Positions 13,436 to 26,800 of a stretch of 64,000 nucleotides of DNA are shown in pieces. The stretch is from assembly GCA_002633005.1 (NCBI GenBank), contig NMRA01000010.1:427252-491251 (forward strand), written 5' to 3'. The position numbers and the translations under genes are program-made. The DNA is from Phoronis australis. Taxonomy: Eukaryota; Animalia; Phoronida. The notes under the pieces are model-generated. The model ran no database searches and was not told the origin of the DNA. It was given only the letters and a program-made list of their open reading frames with translations. The number at the start of each line of letters is the position of its first letter. Position 1 is the first letter of the stretch.

Positions 13436-16400
13436 TCATGAGTGTATTTTAGCATGCCTGGCAAGACTACAGTGCTCTGAAAATGACTTTCCACACACAG
13501 TACATTTGAATGGTTTCTCACCAGTGTGTGTCCTGGTGTGCCTAGCAAGACTACCATTCTCTTTGAAACATTTTCCACACAAAGTGCACTTGTATGGTCT
13601 TTCACCAGTGTGTGTTCTTATGTGCGCAGTCAGAGCATAGCTCACTGCAAAAGACTTTCCACACACAGCACACGGGTATGGTTTTTCACCTGTGTGTGTT
13701 AGAGTGTGCACACCAAGAGATCTACTCGTTGAAAATGACTTTTCACAAACAGTACATTTGTATGGCCTCTCACCAGAATGTGTTCGTGTGTGCACAGTGA
13801 GAGTTCTTCGTGTTGAAAACGACTTGCCACACACATCACACCTGTATGGTCTCTCACCAGTATGCGTTTTTGTGTGCCTTGCAAGGCTACCGTTCTTTGA
13901 AAACAACTTCCCACACACAGTACACTTGTATGGTTTCTCACCAGTGTGCATCCTGGTATGTGATATTAGAGTACAGTTAGCCGAGAATGACTTTCCACAC
14001 ACAATGCACTTGTATGGTCTCTCACCAGTGTGAGTTCTTGTGTGCGCAGCGAGAGCACACCTAACAGAAAAAGACTTTCCACACAGAGTACAGGCGTATG
14101 GTTTCTCACCAGTGTGTGTTCTCATGTGCACAACAAGAGTTTTGCTAATTGAAAATGACTTTCCACACACAGTACATTTGTATGGCCTCTCTCCAGTGTG
14201 TGTTCGAGTGTGCACAACCAGGGTACTGTTCTTTGAAAATGACCTTCCGCACACTGTGCACTTGTATGATTTCTCATCAGATTGTGTTCTTGGATTATTA
14301 ACAAGATGACTATTTAGTTTCAAATACTCTCCACACACAAGACATCTAAATACTATCTCACTAGTATGTGTGTTATTGTGGTCAATCTGAAAAGACGATC
14401 CGCAAGCCGTACACTTGTATGGACTCTCATCGGTGTGCGTTGTTTTGTGATCAACGAGATGGCTATCTAGTTTAAAAGTCATTCCACTAGCAGTACACTT
14501 GTATGGCCTCTTCCATTCGTGTTTCATCCAGAACATAGCATCTGCCGAGTTCTCCTCCACGAGTGAGTTATCATTAGCAACTCCATTACCTTCTGTTACA
14601 CACTCATCAGCACACTCCATTTTGAACACCGTTGGTACAAACAATTTGTTACCCACAAGATAGTCAACTCCACCATTGTCCGCCTCGTCTTCAATTACTT
14701 CTTGTTTGATATAGCAGCCGTTTCCACTCTCATCAGTTACACCATTACAGACTCCTGTATTTAGGTCACAAGTACCAGTAACAAGGTCATGCTGTGGGGC
14801 TAATGTATGACTATATACAGCATCCATTTTATCTGAAAATAAAAATACAGAATGATATTGTATAAAGAATTCATACCCCTCCCCCCCATCGTCCCTGTTC
14901 ATAACTGAGCCACTTTTTCTGACTCAAATAGACCCTCTTATCCTTTTGTTTTTTTTCCGAGTCAACAGGACGGCCATCTTTCCAGTTAGTAACATGATTA
15001 AAGCCAAGGGCACGATCAGTCACTGCAGATTTGTTGATAGTATTCTGAGACCATAAGTTATCTAAAATTTGGAACAGTCTCATCCCCACCCCACCTTGTG
15101 TCCAATAGCTATAGCTTCCGAAAATGAGTTGCCAAAACTGTCAAGGTACAACGTTTTGCTTGGTTGTGTTAATAAGAATTTATCTATATGTACTCTACCA
15201 ACCTTATGAAATTAGTTAGTGATACAAAATAGGCAACACGGATACCATGGCAACAAAAAACTCTGACCAAGCTTCTCGTTCTCCATTAATTCACTAGCTC
15301 TTTTTGTCTAAAAATGCGTTTAATAAAAATAAAGCTGAAAACCAATTTACTCACAGAGGTGTTTGTCATCAAGGTAACCTGCTTGTATCAAGAAAACAAA
15401 CTGATTCTGAATCCTTAGCTCAGCAAAAGTGGGACTAACCAACATGACCTCTGCAAATAATGCTGTTCTGAGATTAGTATGGAGAACACAAGAACACAGA
15501 AAATGTTTTTCATCCTCTATGCATGGGACAGTACAAAAATCATACAAATGCTCCTCACTAGGAGTAAAAATACTAAAGTGGCTCCGAGTAATAATTACCA
15601 GTGATGAAAGATGTCTTTGGCAGCAGACTACATGGACTCAGAGTGGGGGGGTCACGTGCTGTTGGAAGAGGCCTCTCCACTTTTGGTGGATTAGGGATAT
15701 CAAATATTGTTGGCACTGCATTCCATACCAGCTTGTTCTTCATACGAGCATTCATGAACATAGACACCTCGAAGTGACGAGAGCATAACTTGCAGTTCCT
15801 TGACAAGTAGGCTACATCTCTACGCATAAGGTCAGCTCGTTTGACATTAACAACCCAGCGTTTGCACCTAACAGAAATCAATGAGAGACTTAGTAACATG
15901 CCTTATACTCGCCAGGCTCATACAAGACTGGTACTCTACACTACACTACACTACACTACAACAGTCCTGTCGTACTGCGCCTCTGGTAGAGACAAAACTG
16001 TCTTGGTGTCAACTAAAAAAACTAGGACTTAAATATCAATCCAAGGACATTTTTAGGGCCGTGCCCTGCATCATTGATTCACAGAAGTTTTAACTGATGC
16101 ATTACTGTTGCTTAACTTGGACCGACTGGCATAATAAAATCATTAGATTATTTCAACGACACCCACAGATTCTCTAATTTGACTTATAGATAGATTTGCG
16201 GCCCTGTGGGTGTGACTGTGGCCGTCATCTTTCATATTGACCCACGGGCATGGGCATGTTTACTAAAATTATCCCTGTGATCGTCCGGGTGATTTACATG
16301 TTGACATTTTTATGTAAAATACATGGACAGCAAATATTTGAACAAGCCAGCAATCTCAATGTGAATAATAGTCCTTCAGTCAGCAGTCTATGGGGTTGTC

Positions 16401-16625
16401 TACACTGCAGACAACAGCGACATTGGGACTTTGATAGACTTGTCTTGCAACCGTGATCAGAACACATAAAAGGAAAGACAAATTTGAATTTATCATATTA
16501 TTGAATAACAAATAATACTTGTCTTACCTTTCTGGATCCTTAGGAAACGTAAAAAATGACAAGCCAGGTGTTTTCATGGATGAATTGGTGCAATTTATTG
16601 CACTGCAAAAGGCGCCCTTCCCCAT
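13436..16625 (-). CDS. THAP-domain + tandem C2H2 zinc-finger protein (about 587 aa, 3 coding exons)
   Basis: Exons 16625-16528 (MGKGAFCSAINC..FFTFPKDPER), 15867-15599 (CKRW..LCSRHF..AVPTIF) and 14832-13436 join in phases 2 and 1. The THAP signature is complete. There are 10 intact CxxC-x12-HxxxH fingers with TGE(K/R)P linkers and 3 degenerate fingers. Confidence 0.9.
15350..15547 (-). mobile_element. LINE ORF2 C-terminal fragment in intron 2 of the THAP-ZNF gene
   Basis: C..C.EDEKHFLCSC...NLR matches the C-terminal zinc-knuckle motif of non-LTR retrotransposon ORF2. Confidence 0.6.
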
Positions 16626-16894
16626 TGTCTTCACGCTTTGTACTTGACCGTAGCTTAAACGCTTAGTAATTGGCGGCACTGGTAGTAACAGCGAATTCAC
16701 TGGTGAATAGTCCTATCATAGTAAATTCCTTGCCTGGACTGTAACATATTTAAGACAATGCATGAGAAGTCTTAGCTACAGTAAAAGACCTAAGTATTCA
16801 GATACAATAAGGTCTCCCCGTCATGACAGAGCTCCGACACAGAGATCCATTTATTGAGTAAGGGTGTATGAGGACAAAAACAGTGATACCATAG

Positions 16895-17213
16895 CAGGGC
16901 TCGACATAACGAGCTGCAGGTCGCATTTGCGACCTGAAATTTGGAAATGCGAGCTGAGATTTTTGTCAGCTCGTATCAAGTCGCAAAATGCGACCTGGAA
17001 TTTCCAACGAATGCGAGCTGAGTTTTTACACNGACAGGATCAAAAATAAAAATTGAAAAAATTGCCAGAAAAAAAGAAATTAGCTACTAAAAACACAAAA
17101 AAATCTTACACGGGAAACCCTCTCCAGACCTTCCTTCCCCTAGGGGTTACACACCTCGGATTCGCTGGAATCCTAACCCCCCTTACTGAAAACGTAGCCT
17201 AGATCTGCCACTG
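16895..17213. mobile_element. hAT-like non-autonomous DNA transposon fragment(s)
   Basis: Begins CAGGGCTCGAC, has subterminal palindromes (GGTCGCATTTGCGACC) and ends CCTAGATCTGCCACTG, an end shared with the elements ending at 36976 and 52249. Confidence 0.55.
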
Positions 17214-20200
17214 GGGGGTCCTTTTTGAGTTTCTGGCGGTCCATTACCAGAGTACAATTTGTCTGTCACGGGTCATTCCGGCGTTGTTCCGAGCAACACA
17301 ATTATTCGTTTGTTTTAAACGAAAAAAAATCATTATTGGCAGGTACCCTGAATATCTAATTTAGCTCACAATTTCATAAGCATGCCGGTTTTAAGACTTT
17401 TGTGGGTTTCTGGAGGGAACTACCCAGGGCGTATTTTGTTTTTCATAGGGAAGTTAATGGTCAGTTGCATGTCACGGAGTATTGAAACATATTGTTTTTT
17501 GGGGTAGACCTACCTCGAGCTGAGGATGTACGAGCTAGCTAATTTTGTGGGGGGCTCCTTTCTGGGTTTCTGGCGGACCCTTTTCAGAGTGTAACTTGTC
17601 TGTCATCGGTCATTTGTAGTTCACAGCGACACGGTTGTTCGTTTTGAGTTAGTTTCGGCCGATACAGCTCGAATATCTAATCCAGCTCATTTTTGGCCCT
17701 CGATGCCAATTGAGGTCACCAGGTTTTAACATCTAGAGTGCATACACCAGCAGACATCCGTTTCTATACAAACTGAATGTTTAGATAGTTAATAAATCGT
17801 GTAGAACAAGATAGTTCTTGGGTCTCTTCCTCTGTGGTGAAATTCGAACATTCAGGTCGCTGTAGCATTTTTTTAATGCAATGATTACGGTATTAGAATT
17901 TTAAATGATCGGTGTGACGAAAAAGATAATTTTTACGTTACGGTATAGCCCAAATTGCGGACCGCGCCTAATTGCAGGACTTGCGCCTACATGCGGGACA
18001 TTTGAGTAAAACTTGCGTTGATTACGGTGCTCCAGATACAGGCGGATCTTCAATGTTTAAAAACACTCCTAGTTTACACGTGATTTATAGTTCAAATTCT
18101 TTCTAAGGATATACTGCCGAAGAAACTGCATTGCTTGTTCGTCATGCCAGCCTGGAAAATAAGTCTATGGCAATTTCAGTCCCTCCAGTCATTGTGAAGA
18201 AATGAACCAAGTGACATTTTATGCAAAGTCGTTCTTGAAAATAAAGCTTGTAATGAGTTTTAAAACTGTGTATTTTTAGAATTCCAACTGTTCCTGGACT
18301 CACCCAGAGTGTCACTAACGCCACACGCTGTGAGAAATAAAATGCATTTAGTGAATTTTTTAAAATCATTTAAGGTGCCCTTATAACCGGGCATCGCCTG
18401 CCCTAATTGTTTACTAGATATTTTGGTCTGACGGAAAACCTGCGTTAAGCAAGATTTTGTAATTTATCCATAAATGAAAACGTTCCATCACCTGTCATTC
18501 CTTTCTTTTGGAGAATTCTTAAATCAAATTCAAAAGGAACCCGAAATATTCAAAAACCACAAGTATTAGATAAATGGGAGGCTAATTTAGAGATCAATGT
18601 AGAGATGACTGAGTGGCAAATAATTAATCGTAACTCTCTGTATTTTGTAGAAATAATTACGTCTACAAATCCAAATCGTCTATAGAATTTTAACCACGAA
18701 AGTTTCCTTACAATCAAATGTGTCCCTTCTGTAAAAAGAAACTACAAAGCATTCAACATCTTATATTTGGCTTGGTCTGATTGTGTCTTTTGGGATAAAA
18801 TAAATAACTTATGTCTGCACAAGAAACGGTGATTTCTTGCCGAGTACACACAAGGTAACTTTTGTCAAAACAGGAATTACTAATAAAATCTTCAACGTAA
18901 TTATTTCATTGGCTAAAAATCATATGTATTACAGAAAACTAAAATGAGGGGACACTGCTGTACATTTCTCGCGAGACTGACTCACTACTCAATAAACACA
19001 TCAATGGCAGCTAAGTTCATGGGCATTGTTTACAGTTGCCTGTAATTTTGCATCCGCGAACCGTAGTTGTTGGTAGACGTGTGTCTGCCTCGGTGCCGTA
19101 TCATGCCATACGGGTGCACAATTCGTGCTTTACGGGTGCGGTTCCACTTTGTTTGGTTTGCGTCAGTAATCTGACTATATAGTACTCATTAGTGAGGGCA
19201 CCGTGTTGCTCGAGTATCCTGTCGTCCAGGCCTGCTGGAATAGTCTTCCCATAACCCAATTGAGTAAAATACCAAAATCTTAATGGCATGTCGTCTAATC
19301 AACAGAAGGGTTAGTTTAAAAATGACACTAACAATGATATCGAACATTAAGAGAATACCAAATCTTGTTTTGATAATTTCAACGAATCCTCGTTCTGTCA
19401 CCTATGAATGTACCATTGGCGTCAATTTTGAAAGATAAGGAAAGGAATCAATTAAAACCTCATACTCCTAGATGCAAATTGGATATTACGGTCCTTGGAA
19501 GGTGGTCTTTTCCCATAGTTGTCATGTAATTCGTTAAACAAACTAGCCGGTCATTTTATGCTACTTCTTCCATACACGGTAAAGGAACAATTTAAGATCA
19601 ATTTTTTAACCGAAATTGTTTTTTTTTGATGACCAACAGTGGGTTTGTCACTTTAATTAGAGCCAGCAGCAGGAAGAGAATATGAGATGGTCTTGATGGA
19701 GAACAGTGTGCTACACTCATGAAGTTAACCTTAAAATCAGTTATAAGTAATACCGGGGTGATGGTGTTTGCAACTTCAAGATGTATTATTTAACCATGCA
19801 AAAACAAGGAGATAGTTGAGAAATGAGTATTATATTCAAAAGTATAATTATTGAGATGTTTAAGCAATGGGTTAAGAAAGGGTCCCTTTAAAACATCCTA
19901 GGTCTGCTAGTCATAAACATAAAATCTTAATTACCGAAATGGGCTTAAAATGACTATAAACCCAAGCATCCTCCACGAAGCAATATTTTTAATTTAGACC
20001 ACTTGCTGACATTAAATTGGTCACAATTTTATACCTGATATGAGAAATGACCGAGGCTTAAAGTTATGAGACTTTAGACAAATGTCCAAGTTTAGCTTGC
20101 TTCAGAACATCATATCTCATAAGTGGCTGGTCGGATTGATATGAAACTTTCAATTACCAAGCTTTATCTAAACTGTTCCTCAAAAAGTTGATAGGAATTC

Positions 20201-20694
20201 ATTCTAAAATGTTCTGCTTTAATTTACAGAAGGGACTATAAAGATATATGACTCATGACTTTTATGAAAATTTGCATAAAACAAAAACAAAAATGATGAT
20301 TTGGAAAAATCTGACACTTCATCCTTTCCCGCTTGACACTACTTCAGGCTGGCTACAGCTCCAGCATCCTACACAACATCAGCCAACCAGTATTCCCACA
20401 ATTCATCACTAATACAGTAGGGAGTCTTATTTCCCATCCGGCCTCAAAAACACCAGTGACAGTTCAACCTTCCCAGTCACAATACAGTCTCATCTCTCAA
20501 CTAAACACCAGTGTCCACCCAGCCACATAGTATCATTGGTCAATCGCTAAGTAGTTCTCAGCTGACCAGGCATCAGCTTGCTCCAACAGCCCACATTGCT
20601 GAGAAGTACCTCCATCATGCACGACAGTCCACCTCAGACTAATGCTCCATCTACGAGTGTTCCTCCTTGCTTCACCTTGTATCAGGCTGTTCAC

Positions 20695-20800
20695 TGCCCC
20701 ACAATGCACCATTGTCACACCTCACCACAATGCACCACTGCCCCACAATGCATCACCGCCCCACAATGCACCATTATCCACTCTACCACAATGCATCACG
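20695..20800. repeat. Degenerate repeat of about 18 bp (CCACAATGCA core) at the start of the SMYD5 3' UTR
   Basis: Five CCACAATGCA cores; the last one abuts the stop codon. Confidence 0.75.
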
Positions 20801-23800
20801 GCTCCATATCTGATTCTTCCTCTTCACTCGATGTCACGTCAGGCTGGTCGCTCTCGGTCATACACCTCACGCACTGACAGTGAAACAAATAATTCTCCCT
20901 GCAACAAAACAATAACTCATCTAACTCTTGACTCCAATTCTACAGTGAAAGACATGCTTTAATATCTATAAACAAACTTCTTTAAAAAACACAATACAAG
21001 AATCCATACCAGTGACACATCCATAGCCAAACCAGACCTGGTCAAGATCCAGGGCTTTCCATTTTAGAAGCACATTGCTAAAACAGAAACCATCAATGAT
21101 TGTAAGTTCCATTGGTGCTGAACTTCAGTTTCCAATGGTAACAGATCACTAAGCCCACATATTTCACAAAAGTTTCATTCAGAACAAAATTCAAAGGTGA
21201 TCACCTCAGGATCTTTTGTCTACTGTGTCGACTTCGGTCTCGTTGGCAATCCGCAAGATAACAAATCTCAATTTCCTGAAAAGGAGGTTGAAAATTAATA
21301 TAGCTGAAGATAATCTCAGTCCCGGTAATTTTCAAACAACGAATTGTGCGATATGCTCTACCTAGGGCTGTGACCAGTAAACGTTATTCAAGACTCAATT
21401 CCAACATTAACCAATCACAATACGTGCAGTGCAATTCGACATCCCAGATTCAACTGTTATTTATGAAGGTACAAAAACAGATACTATTTTTCAAACAGAA
21501 TGGTAGTTAACACACCTCTGAGCCAAGTCAGACAAGAAGAGAACATTTTTGTTGACGTCAGCTTTTCAAATGTTTTGATGTCTAAATGGCAACTGACTAT
21601 GCAGCAGCAAACCTTCATTTGTCTCAGACTGACAAATGATAATTTCAATGGATAGGTTGATTAGCACCGCAGTAATATACATGTTACTGTAGAGTGCAAG
21701 CTGTAGAACCAGAGGCTCTGTAGTATTTAAGGAAGTGACCATTGGTCTACTTTCATGTTGGGTGTCAAGGAAAGTTTACAGGTCTGAGGCCCAAACTGCC
21801 CTAAACCTGCATGCAACCCGGCAACATTTGGTAGATGTGTGACAGAGGGTAAGTTTTTAGATATTATCAAGAATTTTGTATCATCTGCCTAGATTTTCAA
21901 TGTTTCCAAAAATGGAATAAACATTTTCCCTACAATCTTTCATCTTAAGCATTCAGTTAGTTTTCACTAAGGCCACGACAGCTCAGTTCTCCAGGATAAG
22001 CCCACTCACCTCCTCGGCTGCAATGTCGTCCATGGCAACCAATGACAAGACATGGTTACCATGGTTAAACTGGATCTCAGCATTGGGTTTACAGCTGTGG
22101 TTACAAGCTGACTGAAGGAGATAAAGACCTGATCCCTCACAGTTCAAGAATGTACCCGATTCTGAAGAAACAGACAAGCACCATTAGGACAAAACATGTA
22201 CCACAGACTGTCAGCTAATGCCAGCTAAAGATACCACTGGGACCAAATGAATTTCTGAGCTTGACTGTTTATAGTAACATAGTCACTTATCTTGGAAACT
22301 TATCTGATCCTTGCGCAAGTTTTGCATTTAACAAAATTTCCCAAACAAGAGACAGTGACCACACATCGTACATAGATAGCTTCCACAGGAACTGTAATGA
22401 TTAGGCTAAGAATAAAAAATTAGTCAGAAATTATCATGACAAGGCACCCATATTGATCAGTGTAATGCGAAATGAACATTACAGAACTCTTCAGTCATGC
22501 ACAAACATTATACATTAGATGTCTTAGTTCATCTCAGGTAATGCAGTGAGAATACAACAGCCATGTTCTATTGTAATACTTATTGAAATTTCATGCCAAC
22601 CACAATCTAGATATTTGTTCAGCAACGACAATGAAATGATCCTTCAATCTAAGTACATTGAAGCTGACCTTTTTCAATATCTACGTAAAGTTGGTCAATA
22701 AATGAATCCAGTTGCTGCCTGGCGCCCTCTGGTAGATCTAGACTGTCACACCGATGAACCCATTCACTCAGTGAACTGTAACAGAGAATAGGACACGTCA
22801 ACAGGGAATAGGACATGTCAACAGGGAATAGGACATGTCAACAAGGAATAGGACATGTCAACAGGGAATAGGACATGTCAACAGGGAATAGGACATGTCA
22901 ACAGGGAATAGGACATGTCAACAAGGAATAAGAATCAGATTAACGCATCACAGAATGAGACACATTATTAACCATCAAATAAAGACAGACAAGTCTACTG
23001 CATCAGAGGATGAGATAGATTGTTAATCATCAAAGAAAGACAGACAAGTCTACTGCATCAGAGGATGAGATACATTGTTAATCATCAAATAAAGACAGAC
23101 AAGTCTACTGCATCAGAGGATGAGATACATTGTTAATCATCAAATAAAGACAGACAAGTCTACTGCATCAGAGGATGAGATAGATTGTTAAACAAGATCA
23201 AAGTGTCTTTCTGTGATCAGCCTCAAGACACTTTGCTAATGAAGCTAAACCCCCCTCTACAAGCAGCAGAGTATTTTAAAAAACCTGATAAAGTCAGTAG
23301 ACTGTACTTTAGCAAATGACTGGCAGCCAACGGCGAAAATTAAAATATATAATGCAGTAAAATCACAAAATGTAACAGATTTAATTTGTTGTTTTACAGC
23401 TCTGCTCAAAGCCAATCACCTCGAGAAGTTTACCCTACCTACTAATAATCTCAAAATCACATTTTTCGACCTAAAACGCAATTATATCCCTTTAAGCTCT
23501 GAAGCGTCTACATTAGTGGGAAAGTGACACTGATCTTGTTAGTACAAAGACATAGCCATCAATAACAGAAAAATACTACATTGTCTCCTCAATTAATACC
23601 TTGTTCCAATACCTTGTCCGTTGGTTCCAACAAGTGCAAACAGTGACCGGAATCCATCAGCAGTATACCATTGCTGAACAGTGTCTTCATACAACGCCTC
23701 GGTCACTAGGTGGCGTAGCAGCTCCAGTTGTTCCTAAAGTCAAGAGTGAACAGCAAACAACTGAGTAGTCATGACTACTCAGTTGCTTGAGGAAGGAAAC

Positions 23801-26800
23801 AATAAGTACATGATCTGTGGGCAAACCAATGAACTTGATCTCTAAAAACACTCCAACCACTTGTGACTGTTGCCTTTATATATACGAAGCCAACAAAGTT
23901 TTCTACATGTAAAATTAAGTTCGTTTGTCAGACGTTTGCACACACACAGGTGACAGCTGTCAATTCTATTAGCTCAATTATGAGATCATTCAAGAATGCT
24001 ACTGTCTTAAAGCCACACACAGTGATAAGGTTACACTACAATACTTGAAATTCATTTTTAGCGTTGAATAAATTACCCTAGTTTAGATGTCACCTTAAAA
24101 AGATTGCTATGTTTAAAAAACTCCAATCAGGTGTCACACAAATCAGCGACTGAAGCTCTAAACATTACACAGTGTATCTGTCCACTCGATTTTGCACCAT
24201 CCTCCTAAAACACACACACACATAACTTTTTCACGTGAACAAAATGTCATGACTCCGTAAAAAGGTCAACTGGGGTTGTCAGTCTTACACGTACCTACTC
24301 ACGGAAATCGTCATTGTTGCGTCACTTGATTGGCCTATTATTGAACGGAATTCCTTCAAAAAATATCAAGTTGCACAACTCCAATAAAATTAACTATTTG
24401 CAGCGCATTTCTAGGCATGTTGAAGGCTCGTACATTCCCCTTGGTGACAAAAAACAAGTCCTATCATAGTAAGAAAATTTTGAGACACAATTTCTGAAAA
24501 GTAAAAGGCGCAATTTGATTTTCATTTTAGCCAGCTAAACAGTGTGAAATGCAGCCATAACCTTGCGGCAGAGACTCTAGCAGAAGAGAAAACCACTGAA
24601 CCACTAAAAGCATTGGGTAATCGTGTACAATAAGAAATGCTTACACAATTGACTAAAATTGTTACCATATTTTTTAGCATTTTTCTAAAGATGAGAATGT
24701 CACAGGCTTTAAATGTGGTATGCGTGAGAGGTATGAGAAGCCATCAGTTCAATTATTGAGAAAATTTGGGAGGTTCGATCATACAAAATCCACCACACAT
24801 CTAAGCTATAAGCTGGAAATTTTTTAATTTAATAAACATTGAATCCACGTATTCCCTGTGACCCAGGACAAGTTCCCACTTACGATCTCGTAAACGGGAA
24901 AAAGGAGGGAAACCCCACTGAGTATTGTACAATACGAGTCTCATCGACTTTGCTAATGCATGTTTCAGCCAAGGATACCTGTTTCGACCTGTACCCCATC
25001 AGTTTCACCAAGATGTCAAGACAAAGTCGCACATTCTGAGAAAGAGGGTCTTTACCTGGAATGCCTGGCCTAACAGTTTGTGAGCAATTTCTTCCTCATT
25101 GTTAGTTGTGCTCTTGCAGAACTGGTCGAATGTAGCCAACAGGGGTCCTTTATCCTGGCACTGTTTTATAGATGCGATCATCCTCACTATCAACATAATG
25201 CTGGCAGTTTCAGGGGGGTAGTGGATGTTTCTGAAAAACACCACAGTTGCGGACGTTATCTGCGCAGCAACTCTTCCAACAAGTTCAAATGCTAAATTTA
25301 GATATTGATTCTTCGATATTGTCTTGTTCATTACTGCAACAAATTCAAAGTTGATATTCCTTATTCAACCACCTGTTCTTGAAGTTCTCTATTAGTGGTG
25401 ATGGACAGCGATGCCATTTAAAAATCAGTGGATACAGTTTTGTTGAAAATAATCCTTTCACAACACTGTGAAAGCACTTGATTAGGATAAGAGTTCTCGA
25501 GAATGACATGCCGCAAGAATCTGTGTCAGTCATAATCGCGTGTTTCCACTGACCTCCACACCTCTTGTAATCTAACCAATGGGTGATCCGCCTCAGGGGG
25601 TATGCACAACATCTGGTGATAGGAGTTCCATGCTTGACTCTGGCACTCAGCACTACAATACCACACCTGAGTACGATAAAATACACAGCTGAGAAGTAAA
25701 ACTAAAGTCTTAATTTCTTAAACTTTAAAAAAAAATCCAAAAGTGTTACTTTTCTATTTTAGAAAGGCTGAATACATAGAGCTCTACAAATACTTGGAGT
25801 TTCATCATTAGATGATAGCTGTACATATGACATGTCTTTTTCTTTTTCCCATGCTCTGTCCAAGGCTGAAAAAGCTTTACTCAATTGGCAAATTACAGTG
25901 GAAATTGACAAACTCAAATTCCAGATAGTGAAAATTCAAGCGAACAAAATTAGACAATAAGAATAACCCAAAGTGTTATGTGCCAACCACAGCACCTTAT
26001 GCTTCTAGGAGTGTTTATTGGTCCAATAAATGGCCACTAGGCGACGCAAAATATGTCAAATGCATCCAAAAGTTGGTAGGTATCGGAGCCTATTTGCCAA
26101 ATTTCAAAACAAATCCATAAACGAACCCTGAATATAGTACAGTCATACGTAAAAAATTAAACTGCCAAGTAGTATAGCGGTAGATTGGATTTGTCCAAAA
26201 GAAGGTGACATCTGTTGTAACGTTCATAGGAATACACTAGTCAATTTTTGTAAAGATCCTGAAAGGGGTTTAGGAAATAAAGCTGTAAACGCAAAAGAAA
26301 ACAAAATTGCTACTAGAGGTGCCACAGTATACAGACCAGTCAATGTCGGTCATTCTGCTGCTGCCGCTGCCGCTGCTGCAACTAGGACAACAGCTACCAT
26401 TTGCCAAGATAATGATTCTTTGACCAGTTTCCCAATTTCACAACGAGGTGCCACAGCAGCCTGACTGTCAGTCGTAGTCTCCTCAACAAGAACACGTCTG
26501 CCGATTTACATAATCATCCATCAAGGGATTTGGCATAAATAATAAAAATGCCCAACTGGTGACACAGAATACGTGAAATCCATTCGAAAAAAGGAACTGT
26601 CATCATCTTCATAATAGAAACCTACCTATCTACCACTAAATTTCATGAAAATCTGTCAAGGAGTCTTGACGATACATAGGTAAACAGACAAAAATTGCCA
26701 ATGGGGAGAACAGCGGTAGCCACATCTGACCCTAAGTCATAGTCACGTTCATAGATAAACACTTGCCAAATTTCACAAAGATCCCGCAAAGAGATGAAAT

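Noticed and set aside
13594-14309. Plus-strand and alternative-frame ORFs over the zinc-finger exon
   Set aside because: Antisense or shifted shadows of the repetitive C2H2 array.
19101-19289. ORF with FWYFTQLGYG resembling a K+ channel pore motif
   Set aside because: No flanking transmembrane helices and a poor match to TxxTxGYG; probably chance.
22781-23192. CRISPR-like appearance of regular repeats
   Set aside because: Head-to-tail units without unique spacers, in a eukaryotic intron, with no cas genes.
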